A stretch of 41,452 bases of DNA, taken from NCBI GenBank assembly GCA_043732305.1, contig JAYTHU010000033.1, positions 1-41,452 on the forward strand, written 5' to 3'. The notes beneath the pieces were generated by a model, which saw only the letters and a program-made list of their open reading frames with translations, ran no database searches and had not been told where the DNA came from. The translations under genes were made by a program, and so were the position numbers. Shown piece by piece: positions 27,137 through 37,540 of the stretch (its first letter is position 1; every line of letters starts with the position of its first letter). This DNA comes from Oligoflexia bacterium (GTDB lineage: Bacteria > Bdellovibrionota > Bdellovibrionia > JABDDW01).

Positions 27137-28360
27137 ATGGAATTTCTGCCCGCGCATGAACAGTTAAAGCTCCTGAAAAAAGGCATCGTTGATTTGGTGT
27201 CTGAAAAGGAGCTTTTGGCTAAGCTTGAAAAGTCTGTGAAGACGGGAAAACCCTTGCGAATCAAAGCTGGGTTCGATCCCTCAGCACCTGATCTTCATCT
27301 TGGCCACACAGTTCTTATTAATAAGATGCGACAGTTTCAAAATCTTGGCCATCAGGTGATTTTCCTCATTGGCGATATCACGGGCATGGTTGGCGATCCC
27401 ACTGGGAAAAATGAAACCCGAAAAGCACTCACTCGTGAAGAAGTTGCAGAGAATGCGAAAACTTACGCGCGTCAGGTTTTTAAAATTTTAGATAAAGATA
27501 AAACTATTCTGGAATACAACTCACGTTGGTTTGAGAAGTTCGATATTTTCGAAGTTTTTAAATTGGCTGGGCAATACACTGTTGGACAAATGATGGCCCG
27601 CAATGATTTTCATGATCGCTTCACAAACAATCAGCCCATCAGTGTTCATGAATTTCTTTATCCCTTGCTGCAAGGTTACGACAGTGTGGCGCTCAAAGCC
27701 GATGTCGAATTAGGCGGCAACGATCAGAGATTTAATCTCTTAGTTGGTCGAGACATGCAGAAATCATATGGACAAGAGTCTCAAGTGATCATGACAGTTC
27801 CTTTGCTCGAAGGTCTTGATGGTGTGAATAAAATGTCTAAAAGTATGAACAACTATATTGGCGTAGAAGAAAATCCTCGTGACATGTTTGGAAAGACCAT
27901 GCGTCTTTCTGATGAGTTGATGATGAAGTATTATGAGTTGTTGACTGACATAACTCCGGATGAGCTCGAAGCTTTGAAATCAAAAATGTCCATGGGTATG
28001 CTCAATCCGCGAGATGTCAAAGCGACTTTGGCAAAAACTTTTGTCGAGCGTTTTCATTCTCATGAGGCCGCTGTTGCGGCGGCTGCGGAATTTACAGAAA
28101 TCTTTTCTAAAAAGGGTCTTCCAACAGACATCGCTGAATTTGCGGCAAGTCCTATGAGCGAAATTTGGATCTGCAAACTCATGGTAGATGCTGGTTTGAC
28201 AGTTTCCACAAGTGAAGCTAAGAGGCTTGTTGAAGGCGGTGGCGTGGAAAAAGACAGCTTGAAAGTGACTGATTCTAAACTTAAAATGGATTTAAAATCT
28301 GGCGATAGTTTTATTTTGAAAGCCGGAAAAAAGAAATTTGCAAAGGTTGTTGTAAAATGA
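27137..28360 (+). CDS. tyrS: Tyrosine--tRNA ligase
   Basis: [19 protein letters not shown]-terminal S4-like domain. Confidence 0.97.
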   Translation: MEFLPAHEQLKLLKKGIVDLVSEKELLAKLEKSVKTGKPLRIKAGFDPSAPDLHLGHTVLINKMRQFQNLGHQVIFLIGDITGMVGDPTGKNETRKALTREEVAENAKTYARQVFKILDKDKTILEYNSRWFEKFDIFEVFKLAGQYTVGQMMARNDFHDRFTNNQPISVHEFLYPLLQGYDSVALKADVELGGNDQRFNLLVGRDMQKSYGQESQVIMTVPLLEGLDGVNKMSKSMNNYIGVEENPRDMFGKTMRLSDELMMKYYELLTDITPDELEALKSKMSMGMLNPRDVKATLAKTFVERFHSHEAAVAAAAEFTEIFSKKGLPTDIAEFAASPMSEIWICKLMVDAGLTVSTSEAKRLVEGGGVEKDSLKVTDSKLKMDLKSGDSFILKAGKKKFAKVVVK

Positions 28361-28752
28361 AAGTAACATTTGTCCCGCAAAACTTAGAGTTCGATATTCT
28401 CCCCGGCGAAAGCATTCTTGATGTGGCCAAACGCACTGATGTTTTTATTAAGTCAGTCTGCGGAGGCGTTCCAAGTTGTACCGAGTGCCGCGTGCGAGTC
28501 GTTGGCGGAAATCACAATGTCTTGCCTCCTGGGCCAAAAGAAAAAGTACTGATTGGCTCAAGTTATTTCATTGATCACTCTCGACTGAGTTGCCAGCTGA
28601 AGTGCATGGGCGACATTGTTGTTGATCTCACCGATCAGATCGAAAAAGAGAAAGTTTTGGGTGCTTCTGGAAAACAGCTGGCCTACCGCGCAGTCACTTC
28701 TGCTAATCCCGATCCCGATATGGAAGCTAAGAATAAACTACCAAAAAAATAA
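28357..28752 (+). CDS. 2Fe-2S ferredoxin-domain protein
   Basis: [10 protein letters not shown]…RLSCQ; ATGA overlap with tyrS. Confidence 0.92.
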   Translation: MKVTFVPQNLEFDILPGESILDVAKRTDVFIKSVCGGVPSCTECRVRVVGGNHNVLPPGPKEKVLIGSSYFIDHSRLSCQLKCMGDIVVDLTDQIEKEKVLGASGKQLAYRAVTSANPDPDMEAKNKLPKK

Positions 28753-29219
28753 TCAGTAAGCCTAAGCACGAAAGTCAGGGCGAAATCTTCACCTGATTGC
28801 AAAAGCGGAGCTCCGCCTACTTCCAAATAAGCAGAAGCTCTAGAGCTAATTTGCGGAGGACCCACTCCAAATCTTGCATAGATCAAGGCCTGATGGACTT
28901 TGTGAGCCGCGGCACCATTTGTAAAAAGATAAAACGAGCGCATCATCATGTCATTCGCATCACATCGAAAGGATATTGGGAGTAAAGATCTGTAAGAGAT
29001 TTTAAATAATTCTTATCGAACAAAACGTCGGTATCTAAGTGAGAGATCACGTGCCCGGAAATAGGCTCGAGAGTGATACTTACCCAGCCCGTCGCCCGCG
29101 CAGGGGTTTAGATCTGATTTGATGCTACTCAAGTTTTAATGCGCAAGCTTTCGAGGCGGCTGTGGCAAAAGCCTGTGTGCATTAAACAATCAATGCAATA
29201 AGAGTGTTCCAGAAATTGT

Positions 29220-29771
29220 TTAGGCGATGGTTTTGGCTTCGAAGTGCAGATCGACTGAAGTCTTTGAGAGCTTTCGGTAGAGTTTAATTTTATTGTAAAG
29301 CGGGTACCAGTCAAAGAGCAGAAGTTCGAGTGGTTTCCACATTGCCACCCATCCTAAAATGATGATGCCTTCTTTGAGGTAAAAATCTGGCAATACATGA
29401 ACCAGAGCCAAAGTACCAAAAAGAAAAAGCAATCCCATCACCAAAAATATTTGCCCTGTTTTGAAAAGTCTGGAAAGCTGCCTGCGTTTCAAATCGGCTT
29501 CGTATTCGAAGTGAGCGTGAATTGATTCAGTGATGATCGGTTTATTGAATTCGGGTTTTTCAGTTTCACCAACATAAATAGAAAGATGAAGTGGAGTTTT
29601 GAAATGAAATTCTTCTGCCGAGAGTTCCACGTACTCGACAAAATTGTCGTCGAGATCTCGTTCACGAAAAGGTGCGGGATCGCGAGCATCAAAGAGCTGT
29701 TGGATCGAGCGGACGCGAATATCAATGTAGGCTTGACCATTTTTTGATCGATAGCGCGGTTTTCTAGGCAA
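29220..29771 (-). CDS. Conserved hypothetical membrane protein
   Basis: QLF..DPAPFRERDLD motif, two TM segments, GWVAMWKPLE. Confidence 0.8.
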   Translation of the reverse strand: MPRKPRYRSKNGQAYIDIRVRSIQQLFDARDPAPFRERDLDDNFVEYVELSAEEFHFKTPLHLSIYVGETEKPEFNKPIITESIHAHFEYEADLKRRQLSRLFKTGQIFLVMGLLFLFGTLALVHVLPDFYLKEGIIILGWVAMWKPLELLLFDWYPLYNKIKLYRKLSKTSVDLHFEAKTIA

Positions 29772-29789
29772 TGGAAATCACCCGCGTCC

Positions 29790-30782
29790 TTACCATTTTA
29801 CGAGGCTTGCGCCCCAAGTGAATCCGGAACCAAAAGCGACCATCGCCACTAAATCTCCTTTTTTGAGAAGACCTGCGGCTTTGGCTTCTTCCATTCCGAT
29901 GGGCAATGTAGCGGCCGTAGTGTTTCCGTATTTTTGGATGGTGTTTAGCGTGCGCTCTGCCGGAATTCCTAATTGCTCCATCACCATTTGATTGATTCGC
30001 ATGTTCGCTTGATGTGCCAGTAAGAAATTAATGTCAGCAGGTTTGACTCCCGCTTTTTTGCAAGTTTCGATCAGGACTTCGGCCATTCGAGTGATGGCGT
30101 GTTTGAAAACAAATTTTCCATCCATTACAGGAAAGAAGCTTTTTCCAATTTCCATTGGGCCTTTTTGCAAGCGAGGAAAGTCACTGCTCGATGGGCGCTC
30201 AATCCAAAGTTTTCCCGCATGCTGGCCTTCTCCGTAAAGAGTTGTGACAATCACTCCCTCATCACCAATAGAAGGTTCTACAACAACTGCCCCTGCACCG
30301 TCTCCAAAGAGTACCGAAACATCTCGGCCCTCCGGTGTCAAATCGAGGCCGGTCGAATGAATTTCAGAGCCAATAATTAGAACGCATTTATAGACTCCAG
30401 ATTTTACCCAGGCATCGGCGATAGAAAGTGAGTATAAAAATGCGCTACACTGATTCCTAATATCTAAAGTTGGTATCGGTCTCTCAGGGCAAAGCAATTT
30501 TTGAGCGAGCACCGCGCAGCCAGGAAAAAAGTTGTCTGGACTTAAAGTAGCAAAAATAATGGCGTCGATGTCATCAACTGATTTTCCAGCATCTTTCAAA
30601 GCTCCGCGGGCCGCTTCGGCCCCAAAACCTGATGTGGTCATACCCGGCTCTGCCCATCGTCGCTCTTTGATACCTGTGCGCTGCGTGATCCAATCGTCAG
30701 AGGTACTGAGCATAACTTCTAGATCTCTATTTGTGACAACTCTAGGAGGAAGGAATTTTCCTACGCCAGTGATTTTTGACAA
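29790..30782 (-). CDS. fabH: Beta-ketoacyl-ACP synthase III family
   Basis: WITQRTGI, catalytic C (NQCSAF), H (HQAN), N (YGNT), FGDGAGA, FGSGFTWG. Confidence 0.93.
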   Translation of the reverse strand: MSKITGVGKFLPPRVVTNRDLEVMLSTSDDWITQRTGIKERRWAEPGMTTSGFGAEAARGALKDAGKSVDDIDAIIFATLSPDNFFPGCAVLAQKLLCPERPIPTLDIRNQCSAFLYSLSIADAWVKSGVYKCVLIIGSEIHSTGLDLTPEGRDVSVLFGDGAGAVVVEPSIGDEGVIVTTLYGEGQHAGKLWIERPSSSDFPRLQKGPMEIGKSFFPVMDGKFVFKHAITRMAEVLIETCKKAGVKPADINFLLAHQANMRINQMVMEQLGIPAERTLNTIQKYGNTTAATLPIGMEEAKAAGLLKKGDLVAMVAFGSGFTWGASLVKW

Positions 30783-30838
30783 TTGAGTCCCCTTGTTTTT
30801 AGGTTTCTATGGATTATTAACCTTGTGGCTACCGACCG

Positions 30839-31516
30839 TCAAGAGCCGTTACAAACTTGATATACGGCTTCCGTGAACGCCCGCGCGGCATGTTCACATT
30901 CGGTTTGTTCACCGCTGAGAAGTCCGCCGGCAAAGTTAGTTTCAGTAGGCGGCCCATAAAACTTCACCAATTCAACTCGTGCTGCTTTGAGTGCCTGGTC
31001 AAGTCCAATGCTTGCCTCCATGGGACAAGCGATCAAGTAGGCGAGGGCCGATCCGACCGGAACTCCCGTGGTTTCTGCAAGATAACTTCCAACGCTTGGA
31101 ATCACGTGGGGGAAGAATGCCGGGTAAGGTTTTTCTGAAATTTTATCTCCTGAGTTTTTCTCAACTGCAAAAGTGTAAAACCATGCTGATTTTTCTAAGC
31201 AAAGTTGCAGTGATTCCATGCCCGCAGCAACTTCTGACGGATCTTTGGCTGAAAACACACCGATAGCTTCTCCAGAAAAGGGGCCGCTCGAGTTGCCGCT
31301 TCCGGCGTAAAATGATTTGGCGTAGATCACTTCAATGTTGGCATTTTTTGTAGCTTCATCAAGTGCCACGTACAAGGCATCATCCATATCGCAAGTGATT
31401 AAACCTAGGCTGACGTGTTCGGGATTTTTAATCCCATAATGTTTTGCTAGCTGTGGGTTCACCTGATTGATGATTTGCTTGCTCATGATTTTTGGCTTCA
31501 AGGGAATCAGTTCCAT
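30839..31516 (-). CDS. eutL: Ethanolamine utilisation microcompartment tandem shell protein (BMC-T)
   Basis: SLGLITCDMDD, ALDEATK, YAKSFYAG, LAYLIA.P.EA, PPTETNFAGGLLSGEQTEC. Confidence 0.92.
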   Translation of the reverse strand: MELIPLKPKIMSKQIINQVNPQLAKHYGIKNPEHVSLGLITCDMDDALYVALDEATKNANIEVIYAKSFYAGSGNSSGPFSGEAIGVFSAKDPSEVAAGMESLQLCLEKSAWFYTFAVEKNSGDKISEKPYPAFFPHVIPSVGSYLAETTGVPVGSALAYLIACPMEASIGLDQALKAARVELVKFYGPPTETNFAGGLLSGEQTECEHAARAFTEAVYQVCNGS

Positions 31517-31539
31517 AAATCTCTTTCTCGACGTAGAAA

Positions 31540-32415
31540 TTAAATTTTAAGTTCGATGCCGCTGCACTTTTGCGCAAACATTTGTTTCACCATGTGGACT
31601 GTCAGTTTTGCTGCATCAAGCGGCGTGTGACCCGCAGGATGAATATTTGAAATCATGCTTTTCGCGGCATTGACAGCGCCTACTTTAGGCCCGTAAATCA
31701 TGTAGTTCGAGAGTGAGTCTCCACCACCAAGTCCCGGACGCTCGCCTAAAATAATCATGCTGAGTTTTGCGCCTACAGTTTCACCGATCACATCTTGAAC
31801 CGCGATGCGCGAGTATTTAACGCAGAAAACCGTCCCAATAGAATAGCCATCTTGGTTAAAAAGTTTGATCATTTCGTCTATCAATGGCTTTGCGTTCCGC
31901 TCAGCTGCCCAAGGGCTAAGTCCATCGGCCACGATGATTTGAATGTCAGGATTTTTGATGCCTTGTTGTTGAACGATTTTTAAGCTGTCGTCGCTTAAGA
32001 CTCGTCCTAAATCTGGACGAAGCAGATATTCTTGTTTGTCTTTTGCCTGTGTGGAGAGCGCCGTCCAACCATTTTTTGATGCAAAATCGTCTGCGAGTTC
32101 CGCGTAGACTGCGTCTTTTGCCACCGCATGATCAGCGCGAAACTTAAGTGCAACTTTTGTAAGATATCTAGTGCCAGCTCTGCCTACCCCAATTCTTGCG
32201 GGGGTGACTTTAGAAAAATCTCCTTGAGAAGTGTGCTTTTGAATTCCAAAAGTTTTTGGTGGGGCGGAATGTTCAATAAATCTTTTTCGTGTGATCGAAG
32301 GACTTGGCGTGAGCCATCGCGCGATATTTTCCTGCGCTGGTGTGACTTCTTTGCCCATGATCTCTTTTATGGTGTCCTGTATGATGGCGGAAAGAGCTTC
32401 TTTGTCCATCGTCAC
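31540..32415 (-). CDS. eutC: Ethanolamine ammonia-lyase small subunit
   Basis: TPARIGVGRAG, DHAVAKDAV, YLLRPDLGR, DGLS, GERPGL. Confidence 0.95.
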   Translation of the reverse strand: MTMDKEALSAIIQDTIKEIMGKEVTPAQENIARWLTPSPSITRKRFIEHSAPPKTFGIQKHTSQGDFSKVTPARIGVGRAGTRYLTKVALKFRADHAVAKDAVYAELADDFASKNGWTALSTQAKDKQEYLLRPDLGRVLSDDSLKIVQQQGIKNPDIQIIVADGLSPWAAERNAKPLIDEMIKLFNQDGYSIGTVFCVKYSRIAVQDVIGETVGAKLSMIILGERPGLGGGDSLSNYMIYGPKVGAVNAAKSMISNIHPAGHTPLDAAKLTVHMVKQMFAQKCSGIELKI

Positions 32416-33782
32416 ATTCCCCTCGAAAAAATATTCAGGTCGCCGGCTTTAGAAGTGAGGCGCCCATTTTCCCACAGTCCCATTTTCTCCATCCATTTTT
32501 CAAATTCAGGTGTGGGACGAAAATTAAATATTGTGCGCAATGAAGCGTTGTCGTGAAAGCTTGTCGATTGATAATTCAACATGACATCATCTCCCATCGG
32601 AAGACTCATCAAATAATTCACACCGGCTGCAGTCAGTAATATGGCGAGATCTTCTTGATCGTTCTGATCGGCAACCGCGTGATTGGTATAACAATCATCG
32701 CAACCCATGCTGATTCCCATCAGCTTACCCATGAAATGATCTTCTAAACCAGCTCTGATAATTTGTTTGGCATCGTATAAATATTCTGGACCAATAAATC
32801 CAACGACAGAATTTACCAGGTAAGGTGAATACCTTCGCGCCAAAGTGTAAGCGCGAGCTTCCATGGTCAGCTGATCCGCTCCATAGTGTCCGCCCGAGCT
32901 AAGTGCAGTTCCTTCGCCGGTTTCAAAATACATGACATTCGGGCCGATCGCCGTGCCTAACTTTTTTGTCATGTCGTAAGCTTCATCTAAAAGTTTTATA
33001 TCGACGCCAAATTCTCGATTTGATTTTTCACTTCCGGCAATACTTTGAAACATAAGGTCAAGCGGTGCTTTTTGTTCAAGGGCACGCATCTGTGTGGTCA
33101 CATGAGCAAGAACACAATTTTGCGTAGGTATTTTATATTTGTTCATGAGATCTTTTGTTGCATGCAGGATAGCCACGCAACTGTCCACGCGGTCGGTTGA
33201 TGGATTGATGCCAATCACGGCGTCACCGGTTCCATACGAAAGTCCTTCTTTGGCGCCTGTGATAATCCCTTCGACATTGTCGGTCGGATGATTTGTCTGC
33301 AATCGAGAGGAAATTCTACCTTCTAAACCAAGCGTGGCATTGCATTTAACAATGACGCGAATCTTTTTTCCCGCCATCACCAAATCCATATTGCTCATCA
33401 GTTTTGCGCAAGCCGAAACCATTTCCGCAGTGAGACCTGGACTAATTTTCAAAATTTCTACGCCGGTGGTTGTGTCCTGAAGAATCCATTCTCTAAGATC
33501 AGACACCGTCCAATTTTTAATTTTCCCGTAAGCTGTTTGATCAAGCGAATCTATTGAAAGGCGAGTGATTTCATCTGATTCATAAGGGACAACGGGATTT
33601 TCATAAAGGGCTGATAGTTGAACATCAGCCAGTACCATTTTGGCGGCAATGCGTTCGCGCATATTCTCTGCAGCCAGTCCCGCCATCTGATCACCAGATT
33701 TAAGTTCATTGGCTTTACCCAAAAGTTCCTTTAAATCTTTAAATGTAAATGTGGTGCCCCACATGGTCGTACTCAGTTGCAT
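32412..33782 (-). CDS. eutB: Ethanolamine ammonia-lyase large subunit
   Basis: KSGDQMAG, NHPTD, GDAVIGINP, CVLAHVTTQ, VVGFIGPEYL, RAGLEDHF, CYTNH. Confidence 0.97.
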   Translation of the reverse strand: MQLSTTMWGTTFTFKDLKELLGKANELKSGDQMAGLAAENMRERIAAKMVLADVQLSALYENPVVPYESDEITRLSIDSLDQTAYGKIKNWTVSDLREWILQDTTTGVEILKISPGLTAEMVSACAKLMSNMDLVMAGKKIRVIVKCNATLGLEGRISSRLQTNHPTDNVEGIITGAKEGLSYGTGDAVIGINPSTDRVDSCVAILHATKDLMNKYKIPTQNCVLAHVTTQMRALEQKAPLDLMFQSIAGSEKSNREFGVDIKLLDEAYDMTKKLGTAIGPNVMYFETGEGTALSSGGHYGADQLTMEARAYTLARRYSPYLVNSVVGFIGPEYLYDAKQIIRAGLEDHFMGKLMGISMGCDDCYTNHAVADQNDQEDLAILLTAAGVNYLMSLPMGDDVMLNYQSTSFHDNASLRTIFNFRPTPEFEKWMEKMGLWENGRLTSKAGDLNIFSRGM

Positions 33783-33811
33783 TTTATCTATTTTCCCTCT
33801 TCATTGGACGA

Positions 33812-33840
33812 AGAGTACAAAGCCCGATCCAGCCGAGCAA
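33812..33840 (-). promoter_or_regulatory. Sigma70-type promoter for eutBCL
   Basis: Minus strand TTGCTC-N17-TACTCT, about 30 bp upstream of eutB. Confidence 0.5.
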
Positions 33841-34200
33841 GCGAAAACTTCGCCCAGGCTTCTATCTTGCAGATGAGCTAGATTAGGTCTTGAACCAACC
33901 TGACATCAAAGTCATTGTCCCTCAACTTGTGCCTCCGTGCTTTCTCTAAATTTTCCCAGAGCTGAAACTGTGAGACGTTTGCCTTTTCGGTCCGGCTGTG
34001 TCCGCTGGTCCGTTAAAAATCATGGAGCAATTCCAAACGACGCAAACCCCGGGAGACCTCATCTAAAAATGAGAAGTTTTGCTGATCTAGGAAATCCTGC
34101 GCTGTTTTGCAAACTTGTTAGTTGTGGATTACAAAGAAGTCATAAGAACTGAGTTTTCAAATCGAAAGAGTAAAAAACACGATCGATAGATTGGTAACCG

Positions 34201-35640
34201 CTAGGTTTCGTCGCCGTAATCTTTGGGTACGATGCCATACTTTTTGATTTTGCGGAGCAAAGTATTCTTTGGAATGTTGGCGTGAGCCACGGTCTGGTTG
34301 ATTCGACCACGATTCGCTTTTAGGGCATTCACAATAAATTGCTTTTCCGAATTTTCCTTGAACAAATCATAGTCAAGAAGACCCTTGCTTTGGGCGAGCT
34401 GATTTGAATCAATTGTTGATTTCCCAAAAGCAGAATTGGCTTGAGCGATAGCCGATCGTTTAACTTGATCGGGCAAACTTTCGAACGTAATGGTATTCGA
34501 ATTTTCCATGATGAAACAATGTTCAATAACATTCTCAAGTTCGCGAATATTTCCGGGCCAATTAAAATGCACGAGGGCCGAAAGGCCACGAGGTTCAATA
34601 GCAATAATTTCTCGCTGATGCCTTTTGGTGAATTTTTTTATAAAGTAATCTACCAGCGCGGGAACATCGTCTCTGCGTTCACGTAAAGGTGGGAGAAAAA
34701 TAGGCATGACATTTAAACGATAAAAAAGATCTTCGCGGAAACGACCTTCTTCAATTCCCTTTTCTAAATTTCTATTTGTGGCCGCAATGATGCGCGCATT
34801 GGTTTTGATTTCGCGAGTACTACCCACTGGAGTAAATTTTTTCTCTTGCAGAACGCGAAGCAACTTCACTTGCAAACTGGAGGGAAGTTCGCCGATTTCA
34901 TCTAAAAATAAAGTTCCGCCAGAAGCCGCTTGGAAGCGACCGATCTTGCGTTCGCTCGCACCGGTAAATGCACCTTTTTCGTGACCAAAGAATTCGCTCT
35001 CCATTAAATTTTCTGGAATAGCTCCGCAGTTAATCGCTACAAAAGGTCCGTTTTTTTGCTGACTGTTGAAGTGAATGGCTTGAGCTACCAATTCTTTTCC
35101 GGTACCGTTTTCTCCACGAATAAGGACCGTGGTGTCGACTTTTGCTAGACGATAAATCAATTCAAAAATCTTTTTCATCTGTTGACTGGTGCCGACGAAA
35201 TCAACATCTAGGTCATCATCAAAAACGGGATTGCTCATGCTTAACGCGGCAACCATTTCCCGAGCTTCCAAAGATTTTTCAACAATTCGAATCATTTTTT
35301 CGGGATGCACGGGTTTTTCCAAATAATCGAAGGCACCTTCTTTGATGGCTTCGATTGCATCAGGAAGACTAGCTTGCGCCGTCATCAAGACAACAAAGGT
35401 CCGTGGGTCATTAGCTTTGATTTGTTTCAATGCTTCCATCCCAGACATTGTGGGCATCCGCACGTCCATCAATACCAAATCAAAATCTTCCTTCTTCAGA
35501 CACTCTAGTGCTTCAAGTCCGGTAGCGGCTTCTTGAAAATACCAAGATATGTTTTGCCAGGAATTTTCTAAAATGCTTTTGACGGTTTTTCTAAGTTCTG
35601 TCTCATCGTCAACGATGAGCACGCGCAAATTTTGCTGCAT
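34201..35640 (-). CDS. Sigma54-dependent response regulator (REC-AAA+-HTH, NtrC/AtoC family)
   Basis: VDDE, DVRMP, GENGTGKE, GAFTGA, FLDEIGE, WPGNIREL; probable start MQQNLR after GAGG. Confidence 0.95.
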   Translation of the reverse strand: MQQNLRVLIVDDETELRKTVKSILENSWQNISWYFQEAATGLEALECLKKEDFDLVLMDVRMPTMSGMEALKQIKANDPRTFVVLMTAQASLPDAIEAIKEGAFDYLEKPVHPEKMIRIVEKSLEAREMVAALSMSNPVFDDDLDVDFVGTSQQMKKIFELIYRLAKVDTTVLIRGENGTGKELVAQAIHFNSQQKNGPFVAINCGAIPENLMESEFFGHEKGAFTGASERKIGRFQAASGGTLFLDEIGELPSSLQVKLLRVLQEKKFTPVGSTREIKTNARIIAATNRNLEKGIEEGRFREDLFYRLNVMPIFLPPLRERRDDVPALVDYFIKKFTKRHQREIIAIEPRGLSALVHFNWPGNIRELENVIEHCFIMENSNTITFESLPDQVKRSAIAQANSAFGKSTIDSNQLAQSKGLLDYDLFKENSEKQFIVNALKANRGRINQTVAHANIPKNTLLRKIKKYGIVPKDYGDET

Positions 35641-37465
35641 AAGAGTCCTCTTCTGCTTCCAAAGGAAGTGTGAAACCAATATTTGTTCCGACCCCCTTCG
35701 TACTATTTATAAACACCGAGCCACCGTGAAGTTCAATGAAATACTTCACTAAATAAAGACCGAGCCCGGTGCCAGTTACTTTGATAGCTTTATCGCCTTT
35801 ACCTCTGAAAAATTTATCAAAAATCTTCGGAAGTTCGTCAGTGTCGATGCCGCCAGCGCTATCAATCACTTCCACTTTTACTTCATTTTCACGTTCAGAT
35901 GTTTTTACTTCGATGAGTGCACCAGAATCCGAATATTTGATCGCATTTTCTACGAGATTAATCAAAACTTCCGAAATCAAAGTTCTATCCAGTTCCATGC
36001 TAAACAAGGGTTCAAGCTCAGATGTGATCTTGATTTGTTTACCTTTTGCTAGAGGTCCCATTCGATCTAATACATCTTTCACGACGCTGTTGATGTCGCA
36101 AACTTCCTTATTCAACTTAATATCTCGCGCTTCAACCCGAGTTAGTTGGAGTAAACTTGTGATGTACTGTCTGAGTTCATCACTTGTTTGCCGAATGCTC
36201 GTTAGATCTTCTCGAATTGTTTCACCGGAAAGTTCAGTTCTCGTTCCGAGCAATCGATCAGTGATACCCTGAATTTTTGCTAATGGGTTTTTAAGGTCGT
36301 GTGAAATCAGTGAAAGAAAATTATTTTTCAAAGCTTCCACTTCACTTAAATACTGTAGTTCTTGTTCAGACTTCCATGATAATTTTTCCGATTCTCCAAG
36401 CCTGTAGCCAGTGATGACGACATAGGTGATCACAATTAGAGCAAGTGGGGATTCAACGGGAATCCAAATGTTTTTCAAATCAAAAAGTGATGTGCTTACG
36501 ACTGAAGTAATAATGGCGAGGAAACTTAGAAACACCATTGCGACAGATTCAGGATATTGAAAAACAATCCAAATAGTGATGATCAAAATAACTGAAAGAT
36601 AAATGAAGGCAAGGTACCAGGGGATTTCTGTGATCCAAGAATTGTTCAAATGATTGTAAACTATATTTGCAAACGTTTCTCCGGTGGTGAGAAAGCCCAC
36701 AGGTGTAGGAATCTGTCGGGAGGAAAAATCATTGGCCGTGATGATGACAACGCTGTCTTCAATATCACTCTTCGGCACCCGATTTTTTAAAACGTCGCTG
36801 AAAGAATATGTTTTAAAAGTTCCTGCGGGTCCCTGGAAATTTATGGTCTGCCCATGCAAGGGCAACAGGGGACGTCTGTTCAGAAAGTGGGCAGCAACGC
36901 GGTACGCGAGAGACTCTGTTCCTCCAAAAAAATGCCGAATGTTTCCGTCAGGATCTGGATACAAATCAAGTCTTCCAAGCCTTGCGGCGGACGGATTTTC
37001 TAAGCTAATAGAAGTATCGTCATCGTTTTTCACTGCCCAAAAAATGTTTTCATTTTTTGAAATTGTGAGAGGCATGTCTTTTCCTAAATACAAAGTGATG
37101 GCAACAGCTTTTGCTTTATCCTTCAATATAACTTCAAACGCTTTGTTCCAGAGTGCGGGATCCCAGTAGAAGGCATCATTGATGCTTTCTACTTCTTTAA
37201 TGGCCCGCAAAATATTTGAACTTGAGCGATTCAAGAGTTGTGCGGCTGAAATAATATCGTCGCGATTGACAGTTATAATTGTGATGTGAGAATTTTTAAG
37301 TTGAGGGCCACGAACTGAAAAACGTGTGTCGAATTGGGTCCCACTGGTTGCAGCAAAAATCGCCGCACCGACAGCAAAACATGAGAATATTCGAATGTAT
37401 AAACCAAACCCTTCGGTCAATCGCGCTTTGAGTAACCTGGAGATGGCCTTCATACGTCTTAACAT
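35609..37465 (-). CDS. CHASE2-domain sensor histidine kinase
   Basis: PDPDGNIR…INFQGP CHASE2 motifs, three TM helices, SHDLKNPL, NAIKYS, GTGLGL. Confidence 0.92.
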   Translation of the reverse strand: MLRRMKAISRLLKARLTEGFGLYIRIFSCFAVGAAIFAATSGTQFDTRFSVRGPQLKNSHITIITVNRDDIISAAQLLNRSSSNILRAIKEVESINDAFYWDPALWNKAFEVILKDKAKAVAITLYLGKDMPLTISKNENIFWAVKNDDDTSISLENPSAARLGRLDLYPDPDGNIRHFFGGTESLAYRVAAHFLNRRPLLPLHGQTINFQGPAGTFKTYSFSDVLKNRVPKSDIEDSVVIITANDFSSRQIPTPVGFLTTGETFANIVYNHLNNSWITEIPWYLAFIYLSVILIITIWIVFQYPESVAMVFLSFLAIITSVVSTSLFDLKNIWIPVESPLALIVITYVVITGYRLGESEKLSWKSEQELQYLSEVEALKNNFLSLISHDLKNPLAKIQGITDRLLGTRTELSGETIREDLTSIRQTSDELRQYITSLLQLTRVEARDIKLNKEVCDINSVVKDVLDRMGPLAKGKQIKITSELEPLFSMELDRTLISEVLINLVENAIKYSDSGALIEVKTSERENEVKVEVIDSAGGIDTDELPKIFDKFFRGKGDKAIKVTGTGLGLYLVKYFIELHGGSVFINSTKGVGTNIGFTLPLEAEEDSYAAKFARAHR

Positions 37466-37540
37466 TGTTAACGCAATGTATTAATTTCTTTGATAAAAAT
37501 CAATTTATTTAAATGCCACGGAGGCTCTATATTGGGTCCT

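Noticed and set aside
28683..28985. 88-aa and 62-aa ORFs in the structured gap
   Set aside because: No convincing RBS or motifs; one overlaps the ferredoxin gene antisense
33783..34200. Cobalamin riboswitch upstream of B12-dependent eutB
   Set aside because: Faint motifs (AACTGTGA, GGGAGACCT) are on the wrong strand, and the best promoter leaves only a ~25-nt leader
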